DNA from: the human T2T-CHM13v2.0 reference genome, Homo sapiens
Assembly (NCBI RefSeq): GCF_009914755.1
Contig: NC_060944.1
Reading direction: 5' to 3' (one strand)
Length of the DNA stretch: 64,000 bases
Each line of letters starts with the position of its first letter. The first letter of the stretch is position 1. The notes below the pieces were generated by a model that was not told where the DNA came from, did not search any database, and worked only from the letters and a program-made list of their open reading frames with translations. Made by a program: the position numbers and the translations under genes. This document shows, piece after piece, positions 15,001 to 30,000 of the stretch.

Positions 15001-18000
15001 TGAGTAGAATGCAATGGTAGGGAATGGAATCGAATGGAATGGAATGGCATTGAATGGAATCAACACGAGTGGAATGGAATGGAATGGATTGGATTGGAAA
15101 GTTATGGAATCAACCCGAATGGAATGTAATGGAAAGGAATGGAATGGAATGCAGTGTAATTAACCCGAGTGGAATGGAATGGTATGGAGTGAAATGGAAC
15201 GGAATGGAATGGTATGGAATGGAATGGAATGAAAAGGAAAGGAAAGCAATGGAATCAAAACGAGTGGAATGGAATGGAATGTAAAGAAATGAAGTGGAAT
15301 TCAATAGAATCAACACGAGTGGAATGAAATGGAAAGGAATTTAACGGAATGGAATGGAATGGAATGGAATTCAATCCAATGAAAAGGAATGGAATGGAAC
15401 GGAATAGAATGGAATGGAATGGAATGGAATGGAAAAAATTCGAGTGGAATGGAATGGAATGCAAAGTAATATAATGAAAATGAATGGAATCCACCCGAAT
15501 GGAAAGGAAAGGAATGGAATGGAATGGAATGGAATGGAATGGTATGGAGAGGAATGGAATTTAATGGAATGGAGAGGAATGGAATGGAATTGAATGGAAT
15601 GGAATGCAAAGGAACGGAAAGGAATGGAATGGAATGGAATTGAATGGAGTCAACGCAAGTGTAATTGAATGGAATGGAATGGAATGGAATGGAATGGAAT
15701 GGAATTGATTTGAATGGAATGGAATCAACTGGAATGGAATGCAATGGAATGGAATGGAATGGAATGGAATCAAATAGAATAGAAACGAATGGAATGGAAT
15801 GGAATGCAGTGGAATGGAATGGAATGGAATCAACCCGTGTGGAATGTAAGGCAAAGGAATGGAATTGAATGGAATGGAATCAACAAAATTGGAAGGGAAG
15901 GGAATGGAATAGAATGGAATGGAATGGAATGGAATCTACAAAAGTGGAATGGAATGGAATGGAATACAATGGAATGGAATGGAATGGAATGGAATGGAAT
16001 AAACCGGAGTGGAATGGAATGGAATGGAATGCAATGGATTCGATTGGAACTTAATTAACCCGATTGGAATGGAGTGGAATGGAATGGAATGGAAAGAAGC
16101 CGATTGGAATGCAGTGGACTGAAAAGGAATGGAATTGAAAGGGATGGAATGGAATGGAATGGAATGCAATGGAATGGAATGGAATGGAATGGAATCAACC
16201 TGAGTGGAATGGAATAGAATGGAATGGAATGCAATCAACCCAAGTGGAATGGAAAGGAGTGGAATGGAATCGAATGGAATGGATTGGAATGGAATGGAAT
16301 CGAATGCAATCGAATGGAATAGCATGGAAAGTAATGGAATGCAATGGAAAGGAATCAAGCCAGGTGGAATCGAAAGGAATGGAATGGAATTGAATGCAAT
16401 GGAATTGAATGGAATCAAGCCGAGTGGAATGTAATGGCATGGAATGGAGTGGAATGGAATGGAAAGGAATGGAATGGATTCAACGCGATTGGAAAGGAAT
16501 GGAATGGAATGGAATGGAATCAACCCGAGTGGAATGCAGTGCAACGGAATGGAATGAAATGGAATGGAATGGAATGGAATGGAATGGAATGGAATGGAAT
16601 GGAATGGAATCAACGTGATTGTAAAAGAATGAAATGAAATGGAATGGAATGGAATGCAATTGAATCAACTCGATTGGAAAGGAATGGTTGGAATGGAAAT
16701 GAAAGGAATGGAATGGAATGAAATCAACCCGAATGGAATGGAATGGAATGGAATGGAATGGAATTTAATGGAATGGAATGGAATGGAATGGAATGGAATG
16801 GAATGGAATGGAATGGAATGGAATCACCCAGAGTATAATTGAATGGAATGGAATGGAATGGAATGGAATGGAATGGAATGGAAGGGAATGGAATGGAATG
16901 GATTCAAACCAAATGGAATGTAATGGAATGGATTGGAATGCAATGGAATTGAATGGAATAAACTGAAGTGGAATGGTATAGAATGGAATGGAATGGATTG
17001 GAATGCAATGGAATGGGAAGGAATGGAATCAACTAGAATGGAAAGGAATGGAATGGAATGGAATGCAGTGGAATGGAATGGAATGGAATCAACCCCTGTG
17101 GAATGTAATGCAAAGGAATGGAAAGGAATGGAATGGAATAAACAAAAGTGGAATGGAAGGGAATGGAATAGAATGGAATGGAATGGAATGGAAAGCAATG
17201 GAGTCAACCCGAATGGAATCGAATGGAATGGAATGCAAAGGAATGGAATGGAATGGAATGGACTGGAATGGGATGGAATGGAATGAAACCGAGTGGAGTG
17301 GAATGGAATTGAATGAAATGGAATGGAATAAACTGCAAATGAAAGGAATGGAATGGAATGTAATGGAAACAACCAGAGTGGAATGGAATTGAATGGAATG
17401 GAATGGAATGGAATCAACCCGAGTGGAATGGAATTGAATCGAATGGAATGGAATGGAATCAACCAGAGTGGAATGGAATTGAATGGAATGGAATGGAATT
17501 AACCCGAGTGAAATGGAATGGAAAGGAATGGAATGGAATTTAATGGAATGGAATTGAATGGAATCAACCTGAGTGGACTGAAATGAAATGGAGTGGAATG
17601 GAAAGCAATGGAATTGAATGGAATCACCCAGAGTTGAATGGAATTGAATGGAATGGAATCAACCCAAATGGAATGTAATGAAATGGAATTGAATGGAATT
17701 ACCCCGAGTGAAATGGCATGGAAAGGAACGGAATAGAATTTAATGGAATGGAATGGCATGCAATGGAATCAACCCGATTGGAATGGAATGGCATGAAGTG
17801 GAATGCAATGCAATGGAATGGAACCAATAAGAGTGAAATGGATTGGAATGGAATGGAATGGAATGAAAGGGAATGGAAACAACGCGAGTGGAATGGAATG
17901 GAATGGAATGCAACGGAATGGAATGGAATGCAATGGAATGGAATGGAATACACCAGAGTGGAATGGAATAGAATGGAATGGAATGGAGTGGAATCAACCC

Positions 18001-21000
18001 CAGTGGAATGGAACGGAACGGAATGGAATGGAATGAAATCAACCCGAGTGGAATGGAATGGAATGGAATGGAATGGGATGGAATAGAATGAAATGACGTG
18101 GATTGGAATCAATCTGAGTGGAATGGAAAGGAATAGAAAGGAATGGAATTGAAGAGAATGGAATGGAATGGAATGGAATGGAACGGAATTTAAAGGAATC
18201 AACCAGAATGGAATTGACTGTAACGGACGGGAATGGAATGGAATGGAATGGAATGGAATGGAATGGAATGGAGAGGAATGGATTGGAGTGGAATGGAATG
18301 GAATGGAATGGAATGGAATGGAATGGAATGGTATCAATACAAGAGTAATTGAATGGAATGGAATGGAATGGAGAGGAATGGAATGGAATTGATTTGAATG
18401 CAATGGAATCACCTGAAATCGAATGGAATGGAATGGAATCAACTAGAATGGAAAGGAATGGAATGGAATGGAATGCAGTTGAATGGAATGGAATGGAATC
18501 AACCCGTGTGGAATGTAATGCAAAGGAATGGAATGGAATGGAATGGAATGGAATCATCAAAAGTGGAATGGAAGGGAATGGAATAGAATGGAATTGAATG
18601 GAATGGAATGGAAAGCAATGGAGTCAACCCGAATGGAATCGAATGTAATGAAATGCAATGGAATGGAATGGAATGCAATGGAATGGAATGGAATTGAATG
18701 GAATGGGATAGGATGGAATGGAATGGAATCAACCAGAGTGGAATAGAATTGAATGGAATGGAATGGAATGGAATCAACCCGAGTGGAATGGAATTGAATG
18801 CAATGGAATGGAATGGAATGGAATGGAATGGAATGGAATGGAATGGAATGGAATCAACCAGAGTGGAATGGAATTGAATGGAATGGAATGGAATGGAATC
18901 AACCCGAGTGGAATGGAATTAAATGGAATGGAATGGAATGGAATCAACCCGAGTGGAATGGAATGGAATGGAATAGAATGGAATGGAATGGAAGGGAATG
19001 CAATGGAATTAACCCGAGTCAAATGGAATGGAAAGGAACGGAATGGAATTTAATGGAATGGAATGGAATGGAATCAACCTGAGTGGACTAGAATGAAATG
19101 GAGTGGAATGGAAAGCAATGGATTTGAATGGAATCAGCCAGAGTTGAATGAAATTGAACGGAATGGAATGGAATGGAATCAACCCAAATGGAATGTAATG
19201 GAATGGAATTGAATGGAATTACCCCGAGTGAAATGGCATGGAAAGGAACGGAATAGAAATTAATGGAATGAAATGGAATGGAATGGAATCAACATGAGTG
19301 GAATGGAATGGAATGAAATGGAATGCAATGCAATGGAATGGAACCAATAAAAGTGGAATCGAATGGAATGAAAGGGAATGGAATCAACCCACGTGGAATG
19401 GAATGGAATGGAATGGACTGGAATGGAATGGAATGGAATGGAATGGAATGGAATGGAATGGAATGGAATATACCAGAGTGGAATGGAATACAATGGAATG
19501 GAAGGGAGTGGAATCAACCACAGTGGAATGGAATGGAATGGAATGGAATGGAAAAGAGTGGAATGGAATGGTATGGAATGGAATGGAATGGATTGGAAAC
19601 AAACCGAGTGTAATGGAATGGAATGGAAAGGAATGGAATGGAATGAAATCAACCCGAGTGAAATGGAATGGAATGGAATGGGATGGAATAGAATGCAATG
19701 GACTGGATTGGAATCAATCTGAGTGGAATGGAAAGGAATGCAAAGGAATGGGATTGAAGGGAATGGAATGGAATGGAATGGAATAAACCCGAGTAGAATG
19801 CAATGGAAGGGAATGGAATCGAAAGTAATGGAATGGCATTGAATGGAATCAACACGAGTGGAATGGAATGGAATGGAATGGATTGGAGTGGCATGGAATC
19901 AACCCCAGTGGAATGTAATGTAAAGGAATGGAATGGAATGGAGTAGAATGAACCCGAGTCGAATGGAATGGTATGGAATGAAACGGAATGGAATGGAATG
20001 GTATGGAATGGAATGGAATGGTATTGAATGGAATGGAATGGAATGGAATAGAATCCAATCCAGTGTAAAGGAATGGAACGGAATGGAATAGAATGGAATG
20101 GAATGGAATGGAATGGAATGGAAAGGAATGGACTCTAATGGAATAAATTGCAGTGGAATGGTATGGAATGCAAAGTAATATAATGAAAATGAGTGGAATC
20201 CACCAAAATGGAAAGGAAAGGAATGGAATGGAATGGAATGAATGGAATGGATTGGAAAGGAATCAACCCGAGTGGAATGGAAAGGAATGGAATGGAATGG
20301 AATGGAATGGAATGGAATGGAAAGGAATGGAATGGAATGGATTGGAATGGAATCACCCCGTGGGGAATGGAAAGAATGGAATGCAATGGAAAGCAATGGC
20401 ATGGAATGGAATGGAAAGGAATCGAATGGAATGGAATGGAATGGAATGGAATCAACCCGGGTGGAATGGAATGGAATGAAATGGAATGGAATGGAATGGA
20501 ATGGAATGGAATGGAATGGAATGGAATGGATTGGAATCAACCTGCGTGGAATGTAGTGCATTCGAATTGAATGGAATCAACAAGATAGGAATGGAATGAA
20601 ATGGAATGGAATTCAATGGAATGGAATGGAATGGAATGCAATGGAATCAACCCAAATGGAATGTAATGAAATGGAATTGAATGGAATTACCCCGAGTGAA
20701 CAGGCATCTAAAGGAACGGAATAGAATTTAATGGAATGGAATGGCATGCAATGGAATCAACACGAGTGCAATGGAATGCCATGAAATGGAATGCAATGCA
20801 ATGGAATGGAACCAATAAGAGTGGAATGGATTGGAATGGAGTGGAATGGAATGAAAGGGAATGGAATCAACCCGAGTGGAATGGAATGGAATGGAATGGA
20901 ATGGAATGGAATGGAAAGGAATGGAATGGAATGGAATGGAATGCAATGGAATGGAATACACCATAGTGGAATGGAATAGAATGGAATGGAATGGAGTGGA

Positions 21001-24000
21001 ATCAACCCCATTGGAATGGAATGGAATGGAATGGAATGGAATGGAAAGGAATGGAATGGAATGGGATGGAATGGGTTGGAATCAAACCGAGTGGAATGGA
21101 ATGGAATGCAATGGAATGGAAAGGAATGGAATGGAATGAAATAAACCCGAATGGAATGGAATGAAATGGAATGGAATGGAATGGAATGGAATGGAATGGA
21201 ATGGAATGGAATGGAATGGAATAGAATGGAATAGAGTGGATTGGAATCAATCTGAGTGGAATGGAAAGGAATGGAAAGGAATGGCATTGAAGAGAATTGA
21301 ATGGAATGGAACGGAATGGAATGGAATGGAATGGAATGGAATGCAATGCAATGGAATCAACCAGAGTGGAATTGAGTGTAATGGATCGAAATGGAATGGA
21401 ATGGAATGGAATAAACCTGAGTAGAATGCAATGGTAGGGAATGGAATCGAATGGAATGGAATGGCATTGAATGGAATCAACACGAGTGGAATGGAATGGA
21501 ATGGATTGGATTGGAAAGTTATGGAATCAACCCGAATGGAATGTAATGGAAAGGAATGGAATGGAATGCAGTGTAATTAACCCGAGTGGAATGGAATGGT
21601 ATGGAGTGAAATGGAACGGAATGGAATGGTATGGAATGGAATGGAATGAAAAGGAAAGGAAAGCAATGGAATCAAAACGAGTGGAATGGAATGGAATGTA
21701 AAGAAATGAAGTGGAATTCAATAGAATCAACACGAGTGGAATGAAATGGAAAGGAATTTAACGGAATGGAATGGAATGGAATGGAATTCAATCCAATGAA
21801 AAGGAATGGAATGGAACGGAATAGAATGGAATGGAATGGAATGGAATGGAAAAAATTCGAGTGGAATGGAATGGAATGCAAAGTAATATAATGAAAATGA
21901 ATGGAATCCACCCGAATGGAAAGGAAAGGAATGGAATGGAATGGAATGGAATGGAATGGAATGGAGAGGAATGGAATTTAATGGAATGGAGAGGAATGGA
22001 ATGGAATTGAATGGAATGGAATGCAAAGGAACGGAAAGGAATGGAATGGAACGGAATTGAATGGAGTCAACGCAAGTGTAATTGAATGGAATGGAATGGA
22101 ATGGAATGGAATGGAATGGAATTGATTTGAATGGAATGGAATCAACTGGAATGGAATGCAATGGAATGGAATGGAATGGAATGGAATCAAATAGAATAGA
22201 AACGAATGGAATGGAATGGAATGCAGTGGAATGGAATGGAATGGAATCAACCCGTGTGGAATGTAAGGCAAAGGAATGGAATGGAATGGAATGGAATCAA
22301 CAAAATTGGAAGGGAAGGGAATGGAATAGAATGGAATGGAATGGAATGGAATCTACAAAAGTGGAATGGAATGGAATGGAATACAATGGAATGGAATGGA
22401 ATGGAATGGAATGGAATAAACCGGAGTGGAATGGAATGGAATGGAATGCAATGGATTCGATTGGAACTTAATTAACCCGATTGGAATGGAGTGGAATGGA
22501 ATGGAATGGAAAGAAGCCGATTGGAATGCAGTGGACTGAAAAGGAATGGAATTGAAAGGGATGGAATGGAATGGAATGGAATGCAATGGAATGGAATGGA
22601 ATGGAATGGAATCAACCCGAGTGGAATGGAATAGAATGGAATGGAATGCAATCAACCCAAGTGGAATGGAAAGGAGTGGAATGGAATCGAATGGAATGGA
22701 TTGGAATGGAATGGAATCGAATGCAATCGAATGGAATAGCATGGAAAGTAATGGAATGCAATGGAAAGGAATCAAGCCAGGTGGAATCGAAAGGAATGGA
22801 ATGGAATTGAATGCAATGGAATTGAATGGAATCAAGCCGAGTGGAATGTAATGGCATGGAATGGAGTGGAATGGAATGGAAAGGAATGGAATGGATTCAA
22901 CGCGATTGGAAAGGAATGGAATGGAATGGAATGGAATCAACCCGAGTGGAATGCAGTGCAACGGAATGGAATGAAATGGAATGGAATGGAATGGAATGGA
23001 ATGGAATGGAATGGAATGGAATCAACGTGATTGTAAAGGAATGAAATGAAATGGAATGGAATGGAATGCAATTGAATCAACTCGATTGGAAAGGAATGGT
23101 TGGAATGGAAATGAAAGGAATGGAATGGAATGAAATCAACCCGAATGGAATGGAATGGAATGGAATGGAATTTAATGGAATTTAATGGAATGGAATGGAA
23201 TGGAATGGAATGGAATGGAATGGAATGGAATGGAATGGAATGGAATCACCCAGAGTATAATTGAATGGAATGGAATGGAATGGAATGGAATGGAATGGAA
23301 TGGAATGGAAGGGAATGGAATGGAATGGATTCAAACCAAATGGAATGGAATGGAATGGATTGGAATGCAATGGAATTGAATGGAATAAACTGAAGTGGAA
23401 TGGTATAGAATGGAATGGAATGGATTGGAATGCAATGGAATGGGAAGGAATGGAATCAACTAGAATGGAAAGGAATGGAATGGAATGGAATGCAGTGGAA
23501 TGGAATGGAATGGAATCAACCCCTGTGGAATGTAATGCAAAGGAATGGAAAGGAATGGAATGGAATAAACAAAAGTGGAATGGAAGGGAATGGAATAGAA
23601 TGGAATGGAATGGAATGGAAAGCAATGGAGTCAACCCGAATGGAATCGAATGGAATGGAATGTAAAGGAATGGAATGGAATGGAATGGAATGGACTGGAA
23701 TGGGATGGAATGGAATGAAACCGAGTGGAGTGGAATGGAATTGAATGAAATGGAATGGAATAAACTGCAAATGAAAGGAATGGAATGGAATGGAATGGAA
23801 ACAACCAGAGTGGAATGGAATTGAATGGAATGGAATGGAATGGAATCAACCCGAGTGGAATGGAATTGAATCGAATGGAATGGAATGGAATCCACCAGAG
23901 TGGAATGGAATTGAATGGAATGGAATGGAATTAACCCGAGTGAAATGGAATGGAAAGGAATGGAATGGAATTTAATGGAATGGAATTGAATGGAATCAAC

Positions 24001-27000
24001 CTGAGTGGACTGAAATGAAATGGAGTGGAATGGAAAGCAATGGAATTGAATGGAATCACCCAGAGTTGAATGGAATTGAATGGAATGGAATCAACCCAAA
24101 TGGAATGTAATGAAATGGAATTGAATGGAATTACCCCGAGTGAAATGGCATGGAAAGGAACGGAATAGAATTTAATGGAATGGAATGGCATGCAATGGAA
24201 TCAACCCGATTGGAATGGAATGGCATGAAGTGGAATGCAATGCAATGGAATGGAACCAATAAGAGTGAAATGGATTGGAATGGAATGGAATGGAATGAAA
24301 GGGAATGGAAACAACGCGAGTGGAATGGAATGGAATGGAATGCAACGGAATGGAATGGAATGCAATGGAATGGAATGGAATACACCAGAGTGGAATGGAA
24401 TAGAATGGAATGGAATGGAGTGGAATCAACCCCAGTGGAATGGAACGGAACGGAATGGAATGGAATGAAATCAACCCGAGTGGAATGGAATGGAATGGAA
24501 TGGAATGGGATGGAATAGAATGAAATGACGTGGATTGGAATCAATCTGAGTGGAATGGAAAGGAATAGAAAGGAATGGAATTGAAGAGAATGGAATGGAA
24601 TGGAATGGAATGGAACGGAATTTAAAGGAATCAACCAGAATGGAATTGACTGTAACGGACGGGAATGGAATGGAATGGAATGGAATGGAATGGAATGGAA
24701 TGGAATGGAATGGAGAGGAATGGATTGGAGTGGAATGGAATGGAATGGAATGGAATGGAATGGAATGGTATCAATACAAGTGCAATTGAATGGAATGGAA
24801 TGGAATGGAATGGAATGGAATGGAGAGGAATGGAATGGAATTGATTTGAATGCAATGGAATCACCTGAAATCGAATGGAATGGAATGGAATCAACTAGAA
24901 TGGAAAGGAATGGAATGGAATGGAATGCAGTTGAATGGAATGGAATGGAATCAACCCGTGTGGAATGTAATGCAAAGGAATGGAATGGAATGGAATGGAA
25001 TGGAATCATCAAAAGTGGAATGGAAGGGAATGGAATAGAATGGAATTGAATGGAATGGAATGGAAAGCAATGGAGTCAACCCGAATGGAATCGAATGTAA
25101 TGAAATGCAATGGAATGGAATGGAATGCAATGGAATGGAATGGAATTGAATGGAATGGGATAGGATGGAATGGAATGGAATCAACCAGAGTGGAATAGAA
25201 TTGAATGGAATGGAATGGAATGGAATCAACCCGAGTGGAATGGAATTGAATGCAATGGAATGGAATGGAATGGAATGGAATGGAATGGAATGGAATGGAA
25301 TGGAATGGAATCAACCAGAGTGGAATGGAATTGAATGGAATGGAATGGAATGGAATCAACCCGAGTGGAATGGAATTAAATGGAATGGAATGGAATGGAA
25401 TCAACCCGAGTGGAATGGAATGGAATGGAATAGAATGGAATGGAATGGAAGGGAATGGAATGGAATTAACCCGAGTCAAATGGAATGGAAAGGAACGGAA
25501 TGGAATTTAATGGAATGGAATGGAATGGAATCAACCTGAGTGGACTGGAATGAAATGGAGTGGAATGGAAAGCAATGGATTTGAATGGAATCAGCCAGAG
25601 TTGAATGAAATTGAACGGAATGGAATGGAATGGAATCAACCCAAATGGAATGTAATGGAATGGAATTGAATGGAATTACCCCGAGTGAAATGGCATGGAA
25701 AGGAACGGAATAGAAATTAATGGAATGAAATGGAATGGAATGGAATCAACATGAGTGGAATGGAATGGAATGAAATGGAATGCAATGCAATGGAATGGAA
25801 CCAATAAAAGTGGAATCGAATGGAATGAAAGGGAATGGAATCAACCCACGTGGAATGGAATGGAATGGAATGGAATGGAATGGAATGGAATGGAATGGAA
25901 TGGAATGGAATATACCAGAGTGGAATGGAATACAATGGAATGGAAGGGAGTGGAATCAACCACAGTGGAATGGAATGAAATGGAATGGAATGGAAAAGAG
26001 TGGAATGGAATGGTATGGAATGGAATGGAATGGATTGGAAACAAACCGAGTGTAATGGAATGGAATGGAAAGGAATGGAATGAAATGAAATCAACCCGAG
26101 TGAAATGGAATGGAATGGAATGGGATGGAATAGAATGCAATGGACTGGATTGGAATCAATCTGAGTGGAATGGAAAGGAATGCAAAGGAATGGGATTGAA
26201 GGGAATGGAATGGAATGGAATGGAATGGAATAAACCCGAGTAGAATGCAATGGAAGGGAATGGAATGGAATGTAATGGAATGGCATTGAATGGAATCAAC
26301 ACGAGTGGAATGAATGGAATGGAATGGAATGGATTGGAGTGGCACGGAATCAACCCCAGTGGAATGTAATGTAAAGGAATGGAATGGAATGGAGTAGAAT
26401 GAACCCGAGTCGAATGGAATGGTATGGAATGAAACGGAATGGAATGGAATGGTATGGAATGGAATGGAATGGTATTGAACGGAATGGAATGGAATGGAAT
26501 AGAATCCAATCCAGTGTAAAGGAATGGAACGGAATGGAATGGAATGGAATGGAATGGAATGGAATGGAATGGAATGGAATGGAATGGAATGGAAAGGAAT
26601 GGACTCTAATGGAATAAATTGCAGTGGAATGGTATGGAATGCAAAGTAATATAATGAAAATGAGTGGAATCCACCAAAATGGAAAGGAAAGGAATGGAAT
26701 GGAATGGAATGAATGGAATGGATTGGAAAGGAATCAACCCGAGTGGAATGGAAAGGAATGGAATGGAATGGAATGGAATGGAATGGAATGGAATGGAATG
26801 GAATGGAAAGGAATGGAATGGAATGGATTGGAATGGAATCACCCCGTGGGGAATGGAAAGAATGGAATGCAATGGAAAGCAATGGCATGGAATGGAATGG
26901 AAAGGAATCGAATGGAATGGAATGGAATGGAATAGAATCAACCCGGGTGGAATGGAATGGAATGAAATGGAATGGAATGGAATGGAATGGAATGGAATGG

Positions 27001-30000
27001 AATGGAATGGAATGGAATGGATTGGAATCAACCTGCGTGGAATGTAGTGCATTCGAATTGAATGGAATCAACAAGATAGGAATGGAATGAAATGGAATGG
27101 AATTCAATGGAATGGAATGGAATGGAATGCAATGGAATCAACCCAAATGGAATGTAATGAAATGGAATTGAATGGAATTACCCCGAGTGAACTGGCATGG
27201 AAAGGAACGGAATAGAATTTAATGGAATGGAATGGCATGCAATGGAATCAACACGAGTGCAATGGAATGCCATGAAATGGAATGCAATGCAATGGAATGG
27301 AACCAATAAGAGTGGAATGGATTGGAATGGAGTGGAATGGAATGAAAGGGAATGGAATCAACCCGAGTGGAATGGAATGGAATGGAATGGAATGGAATGG
27401 AAAGGAATGGAATGGAATGGAATGGAATGCAATGGAATGGAATACACCATAGTGGAATGGAATAGAATGGAATGGAATGGAGTGGAATCAACCCCATTGG
27501 AATGGAATGGAATGGAATGGAATGGAATGGAATGGAATGGAATGGAAAGGAATGGAATGGAATGGGATGGAATGGGTTGGAATCAAACCGAGTGGAATGG
27601 AATGGAATGCAATGGAATGGAAAGGAATGGAATGGAATGAAATAAACCCGAATGGAATGGAATGAAATGGAATGGAATGGAATGGAATGGAAGGGAATGG
27701 AATGGAATGGAATGGAACGGAATAGAATGGAATAGAGTGGATTGGAATCAATCTGAGTGGAATGGAAAGGAATGGAAAGGAATGGAATTGAAGAGAATTG
27801 AATGGAATGGAACGGAATGGAATGGAATGGAATGGAATGGAATGCAATGCAATGGAATCAACCAGAGTGGAATTGAGTGTAATGGATCGAAATGGAATGG
27901 AATGGAATGGAATAAACCTGAGTAGAATGCAATGGTAGGGAATGGAATCGAATGGAATGGAATGGCATTGAATGGAATCAACACGAGTGGAATGGAATGG
28001 AATGGATTGGATTGGAAAGTTATGGAATCAACCCGAATGGAATGTAATGGAAAGGAATGGAATGGAATGCAGTGTAATTAACCCGAGTGGAATGGAATGG
28101 TATGGAGTGAAATGGAACGGAATGGAATGGTATGGAATGGAATGGAATGAAAAGGAAAGGAAAGCAATGGAATCAAAACGAGTGGAATGGAATGGAATGT
28201 AAAGAAATGAAGTGGAATTCAATAGAATCAACACGAGTGGAATGAAATGGAAAGGAATTTAACGGAATGGAATGGAATGGAATGGAATTCAATCCAATGA
28301 AAAGGAATGGAATGGAACGGAATAGAATGGAATGGAATGGAATGGAATGGAAAAAATTCGAGTGGAATGGAATGGAATGCAAAGTAATATAATGAAAATG
28401 AATGGAATCCACCCGAATGGAAAGGAAAGGAATGGAATGGAATGGAATGGAATGGAATGGTATGGAGAGGAATGGAATTTAATGGAATGGAGAGGAATGG
28501 AATGGAATTGAATGGAATGGAATGCAAAGGAACGGAAAGGAATGGAATGGAATGGAATTGAATGGAGTCAACGCAAGTGTAATTGAATGGAATGGAATGG
28601 AATGGAATGGAATGGAATGGAATTGATTTGAATGGAATGGAATCAACTGGAATGGAATGCAATGGAATGGAATGGAATGGAATGGAATCAAATAGAATAG
28701 AAACGAATGGAATGGAATGGAATGCAGTGGAATGGAATGGAATGGAATCAACCCGTGTGGAATGTAAGGCAAAGGAATGGAATGGAATGGAATGGAATCA
28801 ACAAAATTGGAAGGGAAGGGAATGGAATAGAATGGAATGGAATGGAATGGAATCTACAAAAGTGGAATGGAATGGAATGGAATACAATGGAATGGAATGG
28901 AATGGAATGGAATGGAATAAACCGGAGTGGAATGGAATGGAATGGAATGCAATGGATTCGATTGGAACTTAATTAACCCGATTGGAATGGAGTGGAATGG
29001 AATGGAATGGAAAGAAGCCGATTGGAATGCAGTGGACTGAAAAGGAATGGAATTGAAAGGGATGGAATGGAATGGAATGGAATGCAATGGAATGGAATGG
29101 AATGGAATGGAATCAACCCGAGTGGAATGGAATAGAATGGAATGGAATGCAATCAACCCAAGTGGAATGGAAAGGAGTGGAATGGAATCGAATGGAATGG
29201 ATTGGAATGGAATGGAATCGAATGCAATCGAATGGAATAGCATGGAAAGTAATGGAATACAATGGAAAGGAATCAAGCCAGGTGGAATCGAAAGGAATGG
29301 AATGGAATTGAATGCAATGGAATTGAATGGAATCAAGCCGAGTGGAATGTAATGGCATGGAATGGAGTGGAATGGAATGGAAAGGAATGGAATGGATTCA
29401 ACGCGATTGGAAAGGAATGGAATGGAATGGAATGGAATCAACCCGAGTGGAATGGAGTGCAACGGAATGGAATGAAATGGAATGGAATGGAATGGAATGG
29501 AATGGAATGGAATGGAATGGAATGGAATCAACGTGATTGTAAAGGAATGAAATGAAATGGAATGGAATGGAATGCAATTGAATCAACTCGATTGGAAAGG
29601 AATGGTTGGAATGGAAATGAAAGGAATGGAATGGAATGAAATCAACCCGAATGGAATGGAATGGAATGGAATGGAATGGAATTTAATGGAATTGAATGGA
29701 ATGGAATGGAATGGAATGGAATGGAATGGAATGGAATCACCCAGAGTATAATTGAATGGAATGGAATGGAATGGAATGGAATGGAATGGAATGGAATGGA
29801 ATGGATTCAAACCAAATGGAATGGAATGGAATGGATTGGAATGCAATGGAATTGAATGGAATAAACTGAAGTGGAATGGTATAGAATGGAATGGAATGGA
29901 TTGGAATGCAATGGAATGGGAAGGAATGGAATCAACTAGAATGGAAAGGAATGGAATGGAATGGAATGCAGTGGAATGGAATGGAATGGAATCAACCCCT